Made by a program: the position numbers and the translations under genes. A model generated the notes under the pieces. That model made no database searches and was not told the DNA's origin. It saw only the letters and a program-made list of their open reading frames with translations. From Lytechinus pictus (lineage: Eukaryota), in contig NC_087250.1 in NCBI RefSeq assembly GCF_037042905.1, forward strand, positions 10,294,001 through 10,358,000: DNA of 64,000 bases, read 5' to 3'. Positions 58,731-64,000 of this stretch are shown piece by piece. Numbering within the stretch: position 1 is the stretch's first letter; each line of letters begins with the position of its first letter.

Positions 58731-60068
58731 CTAGCTTGAGAGATTTAACTGAAGCTCTTTACGAATTTCATCCAAGATGGCAGAGTGCTTAGGCACAGGG
58801 TCGTTGTCCTTTGGCAAGTTTTCATTACGGCTCTGCGCACCTCTTCCGTAATTATCAAGGTTCGCTGAATGCCTCTTCCAAGACGGTTCCACTGTCGATG
58901 TTCGCGTCTGTTCGTTGTAAATCTTCACCAAGTCTCGCACACCCCCTCCCGACCCGATCCCACTGTCGTTGCTTGATGCACTATTCGTTGTGCCGCTGTC
59001 GGAAAACACTCCTGTATCAATACTGTTATTACTCAGCCCATTACTGAGAGATTTGTCCGTTGGAAAACCTAGTGAACTCTTTGGTCGGGGTCGGATGTCT
59101 AGAGCATTTCGATGGTCCGCTTCGAGCCTGTAGGCCAAAACAGACGTATTTTGGGTGGACTTAGCAGCTGCGCTATGCGGATTCATGAAATTTGCATCCG
59201 GCAAGTACATGGATGACCGGAGAACATTCTGAGAGTTCCTATTACTTGTGTCAAGCATCACGCCTGGAACAGGCTTGTCCAAGTTCCGCCTGCGCATTTC
59301 GACTTTCATGAAGGACTCTGTACCCAGCGACCAATTGCTGTCCTCTATAACCGGAGGAGTCACAACAACATCCTCTTCGTCATCTCCGTCCTCAAGGTTC
59401 ATGCTATCCATAATGACAGAGTCCAACAGATCCAAGGCCGCTCTCTCTGCTTGGAAACTTCCCGCTTCCTTATCCAAAGTACTGTCTGAGATGTTTAAAG
59501 GGTATTGTTCCGTTTTCCTTTTCGGTGATTCCGGTCTCTTTGATTCTGATGATTTTGTCTGGACGGATTCACTTGGTGGCAGCGGTGGGATGATTACAGA
59601 GTCCACTTCGTCCATACCTTGACCAGGAAGCGGTTGCGACGGTTCTTCCCGCTCTTCCTCCGGGATCGGTCTCACCTGGGCCAACTTGGCCTTCACCTGG
59701 TTCCGCAAGTCTTTCATTGATTCCTTTTGTTCAAGATTTCTCATCTCCTGGGCAGTGTCCGTTCCAGGAAGCAACCCTCGCGGAACATCACCATTTGACA
59801 TGTCATTGTAGCGATCGGTCGGTTGAAACTCGCGCCCAAACTCACTCCAAAATGGATGCACGTCAATGGAGTTCTGAAGGTGGGAAGGGGGTCCAGTATA
59901 GGACATCTCTGTTTTTGTTCGATTAGGGAACTTGTTTTCAAGGAAGTCCAAGGTGTGGACCGTCCGACTGAAGTACCCTGGGGTCTCGGTGATACTGCCA
60001 ATAAATGTTTCTGAATTGATGATGGACTTCTTATAGAGGTCCTCAGACCTCGAGTGTGTGCAACCCAT
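58731..60068 (-). CDS. Uncharacterised 445-aa, largely low-complexity protein; single coding exon; MGCTHS N-terminus
   Basis: 1338-nt open frame with coding-like GC in AT-rich DNA; strong start context ACCATGG at 60068; in-frame TGA upstream at 60117-60119; acceptor ttttctctgCAG at 60194-60196 suggests a 5'UTR intron. Confidence 0.85.
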   Translation of the reverse strand: MGCTHSRSEDLYKKSIINSETFIGSITETPGYFSRTVHTLDFLENKFPNRTKTEMSYTGPPSHLQNSIDVHPFWSEFGREFQPTDRYNDMSNGDVPRGLLPGTDTAQEMRNLEQKESMKDLRNQVKAKLAQVRPIPEEEREEPSQPLPGQGMDEVDSVIIPPLPPSESVQTKSSESKRPESPKRKTEQYPLNISDSTLDKEAGSFQAERAALDLLDSVIMDSMNLEDGDDEEDVVVTPPVIEDSNWSLGTESFMKVEMRRRNLDKPVPGVMLDTSNRNSQNVLRSSMYLPDANFMNPHSAAAKSTQNTSVLAYRLEADHRNALDIRPRPKSSLGFPTDKSLSNGLSNNSIDTGVFSDSGTTNSASSNDSGIGSGGGVRDLVKIYNEQTRTSTVEPSWKRHSANLDNYGRGAQSRNENLPKDNDPVPKHSAILDEIRKELQLNLSS

Positions 60069-60711
60069 GGTTATGTCTCCTGAATACTGCTTCCACTCAC
60101 ACAAGAAAATAATGCTTCAAGTGTCCTGACAATCTGGCTCTGCAGAATGTTGTTCTCCTTTCTGGCAGTTCTTCATGCTGACTCCTTTGGCATCTGCAGA
60201 GAAAATATCATGAAAAGGTCTGTTAACATACAATGAAGGGTCGTCAGTCAACCACTTGTATCTCAATCTATTCGGAAGACCATAGGGTTAATGGTAAATG
60301 GAAAGTTGAACCCGGCAGTTCTGCCAAAAGATAGGCTGAAATTTAACCACAAATTGTATAATTCCTACACCATGGTTAATTTTTTGCAATGCAGATGATC
60401 AGAATAGTGCGGACATGCTTTGCATTGCAAACATGTACATTCCAAATACTTCCAGGTCAAATTGCAGTTCTGTGTTGAATTGACATGAAGGTGAATAATT
60501 GAATAAAATTGCTCGAACGCTCTTATGCTGTTCATACACATGTATCATGTTGGTGTTTTGATTACTAGTAGTGATAGAGATTCTTCATGTAGTGCGGTGT
60601 TTCTATAAATATGGCCCCAGTTTTTTTTTCTATGAACACCCCATCTTCCCATTCATGATTATACAGGCAGCATTTTTATTCTGGGATTGGTCCTTGGAAA
60701 TGAATACTCAT

Positions 60712-61007
60712 AATAATTACAATAACAATATGGGTATATTACCCAGGGAAGCCACTACAGTTCTGAAAACTGTTCTCCCAGCGGGCCCTGCTATTATTTT
60801 TATCCCGGCTTTTGCTGGGCTGCCTACAGTAGGCGCTCAAGCATTCAAGGAATTTCTTCCAACCGGGTACCCATTCACCTCACCTGGGTTGAGTGCAGCA
60901 CAATGTGGATAAATTTCTTGCTGAAGGAAATTACGCCATGGCTGGGATTCGAACCCACGACCCTCTGTTTCAAAGTCAGAAGACTAATCCACTGGGCCAC
61001 AACGCTT
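60712..61007 (-). mobile_element. tRNA-derived SINE, reverse orientation
   Basis: GGATTCGAACC (B box, reverse) and CCGGGTACCCATTCACCTCACCTGGGTTGAG core. Confidence 0.8.
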
Positions 61008-61919
61008 CACATTCATTCATCACTAACAGAATTTATTTTGTTATTTCAAATTCAATTCTAAGATTAACGTCTATGCTGCTGAAATATCTCTTCATTTTAA
61101 ATGAATTATGTTACTGAGTGTTCATTCACTTCAAAGACCAATCACAGTTCTAAATGAAAATGCTGCCTGTAATAAATGGACAGGAAAATTGGGTGTCAGA
61201 GAAAGCGGGATCACCAACTCCAATGTATGATTAGAAAGCTGCTTGAATACACCAATGGTAGTCCACTGTAGTTGGGAAATGAGCTGTATCAGAATATCAT
61301 TAGCCAAATTACTAGGCCACTCCTGTACATTTAATCACCATTTAATAAACAATTGATGCAAAAAATGAAATATCTCCCCACTTTTACATCTGTACGTATT
61401 TTAAATTGTCCTCAACTATCAAAGCGACTTTACGAATGACTGGTGATCCTTTCTTGTAGTATTAATGAGTACACAAGATTTTTATTGGTGTTTATTTACT
61501 TCCCCCCAAAAAGGATCACCATTCACTCTAACTTATGAACAGCTTTATGAAATGCATAGGACCTACATGATACATGTAGACCAAGTAAAAAATATATTTC
61601 CTGTAAAAATGAAAAACAATGTATTCACTGCAAGGTAGGAATACATTCATGAACTTTTCATTTTTAGGGGCTATTCTTTCCACATTGGGGCAAGTATTCA
61701 ATTTGTGGGGGGGAGGGGAGGGGGCATTTCATTTCAACTTTGAGCATGATCGGTTAAGGGTTAGCATTGAGGTGAAATTTTTTTTTATAGATATTTCTAT
61801 CAAAATTGCTTTTAAGATAATCTTTGATATCTCAGGTTTCAAAGAACTCAGTTTCATGAAGATTGATAAATCCGAAAGTACTTGAATAGTCCATTTTATT
61901 CGTAGGGGTGCTATTACCT

Positions 61920-62705
61920 CTCATCACGGACGGACATTTTTACTCAAATTAAATTCTCTCTAGTTTTATTGTTTTTAAAGTTATTCTAATTTGGTTTGGA
62001 TGTTCTTGCATTCTGAACATTAATCTATTACCAAACATAAATTAGTAGAAAAAAAATATTGGGAAGTAATTTTTTTTGGTAGGTGTGAACATTTCCATTT
62101 TGAAATTTCCGTCCGTGATGAAAAAAAAATATAAAAAGTTTTTTTATTTTTTATCAGAATAGAAATAAAAAATAAAAAGGTGTAGAGGTATCTCACTAAA
62201 CACTGTACATCATTTTATTTGAACATAGCTGAAATCCATACATTTTATCCATATCATAAACTCAATCAAAAATGATCATGGACGGACAATGTAAATTCAC
62301 TCAAATTCAATTCACTCTAGTTTTATTGTTTTCAAAGCTACTCCAATTTGGTTTGGATTTTCTTGTACTCTAAACATTAATCTATCATCAAACATAAATT
62401 AGTAGAAAAAATATGGGAAGTAAATTTTTCTGGTAGATGTTAACATTCCATTTTGAAATTTCCATCCGTGATGAAATTAATGGCCGTCCGTGATCATTTT
62501 TATTGAGTTTATGATATGGATAATATGTATGGATTCAGCTTTTTATTCTTTATCAGAATAGGAACAAAAATAAAAGTGTGCAGAAGCATCTCACTAGACA
62601 CTACATCATTTCATTTGAATATAGCTAAAATCCATACATTTTATCCATATCATAAATCAATCAAAATAATCGCAGACGGACATTAATTTCATCACGGACA
62701 GACAA
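61920..62705. repeat. ~360-bp tandem repeat punctuated by CACGGACGGAC / GTCCGTGATG motifs
   Basis: Matching blocks at ~61940-62280 and ~62298-62700; inverse motif trio at 63873-63911. Confidence 0.75.
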
Positions 62706-64000
62706 TGAGCAAATACTGAGCAGATTATGAATTTAATTTTAGTTCCAATTTGCAGTGAAAAATGGTACTGAGAATTATTCAGAACTCAAATGGATGGAAA
62801 CCTACAACTCTTCACAATTTTTTGTGTAATTTTTCTTTGGCTGTTATTGGGGCTTAATTGTTGTCAGGAAATTTTTTTAAAACATAATTGGAATGCAGAT
62901 AGAGTTGGAAGCTACATGTATGCCAATAAGCAGGAAATGAAATAGAGCAAGAATAAGTCAAAAGCTGTATATTTCATCAATTGAAGCTTGCAGAAAGTGA
63001 TGGAAAAGAAGAAAGTAGAATGCATACCGGGGTATTCTGATAAGCAGGAAAAAAAAATCATTTTTTCCATGTGCAAACCTATGGATTCACAATGCTTCTA
63101 ACAGAACATGACATCACGTCCTTGAGGCTTGTGAAAAGTACATAATTCCTTTTTTTAAAGTCCATTTTGGAGCTAATTTTGAGCAAATTGCTGATCTGGT
63201 AATCTGAAAATGCATACAATTCATAAAAAAAAATTGCACTGCAGTGTTTATAAGTTTAATTGGTATCTGATTTCAATTTTGGATTTGGTCAGTGCCTAAA
63301 TACATGAGGGCTGTTGATATGAAGGTGTGTCTCCACTTTAATATGGACAAAAGATGAATTTGAAGAGAGCCTGGACAAGTGTTGTGGTCATACTTGATCC
63401 ACCAAACAAGCATAATGATCAGCAACCTGTGAATCTTTTGGATTTACTTAATAATGGACATAAAAAAAAAATATGTGCTCTTCGAAAATTGATGCCTAAA
63501 AATGTATGAACATTTATCATCATGATAAGAATCAACATGATCATTGATCCACTGGATGTTGATTTGGTACCAACTACAGTATTCTCTAAATTGAAAAGAA
63601 GACAATGTGCATTAGGATATTTGATTTTGAAAAGAACTGTCTTTAAAAGCAATCATATGGCTAGATTATTTTGTGTGTCTAGCATAGAAATCATGTTGCT
63701 ACAACTTAAATCAAGTTGTAGCAACTTGATTGAAGTTGTAGCAACTTGATTGTGCAACTAATATTGTTTAATCATATTAAAAAAATGTACAAATCATCAA
63801 TACATTAGCATTTGTTCCCCCAAACAAGTAATAAGAACTTCTTACAAGGTACTTCCAATGTATTTTATTTGTGTCCGTCCGTGATGTCCGTCCGAGATGT
63901 CCGTCCGAGATGGAAAATATTTGCAATTCTCTCAGAAGTTTGATATTGGTTAAGAATTCAATATGCTGAACATAGAAGCTAACATACCCGAGTGTAAGTT

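Noticed and set aside
58811..60014. Plus-strand and alternate-frame ORFs within the orphan gene
   Set aside because: Shadows of the GC-richer coding sequence.
60069..60104. ORF-track start of the 457-aa ORF
   Set aside because: It is a TTG; the first ATG in the open stretch is at 60068 in strong context.

Overview
AT-rich, intron- and repeat-rich animal genomic DNA. A sea urchin or similar invertebrate deuterostome is my inference from the protein sequence and repeat style, not something I can prove here. Two protein-coding genes lie on the minus strand. (1) A complete Suppressor of Hairless / RBPJ / CSL gene (Notch pathway transcription factor). I assembled 11 coding exons by hand (ATG 41244 to TGA 16044, 1812 nt, 603 aa, all GT-AG with consistent phases). 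It probably has non-coding 5' exons and a promoter near 44.6-45.5 kb that carries a cluster of its own CSL binding sites. (2) An intronless 445-aa ORF (58731-60068) with an MGC acylation-type N-terminus, a DSGxxS degron and a WH2-like C-terminus. The rest is non-autonomous DNA transposons (several nested), Helentron-type elements, tRNA-derived SINEs and tandem duplications. The most unusual signal is that six consecutive Su(H) exons (4-9) each have a partial copy in a neighbouring intron, five of them spanning a splice site. The extreme case is a 10-copy 64-bp array in which every unit is an intact splice acceptor for exon 8. Almost all short ORFs in the supplied track are non-genic.
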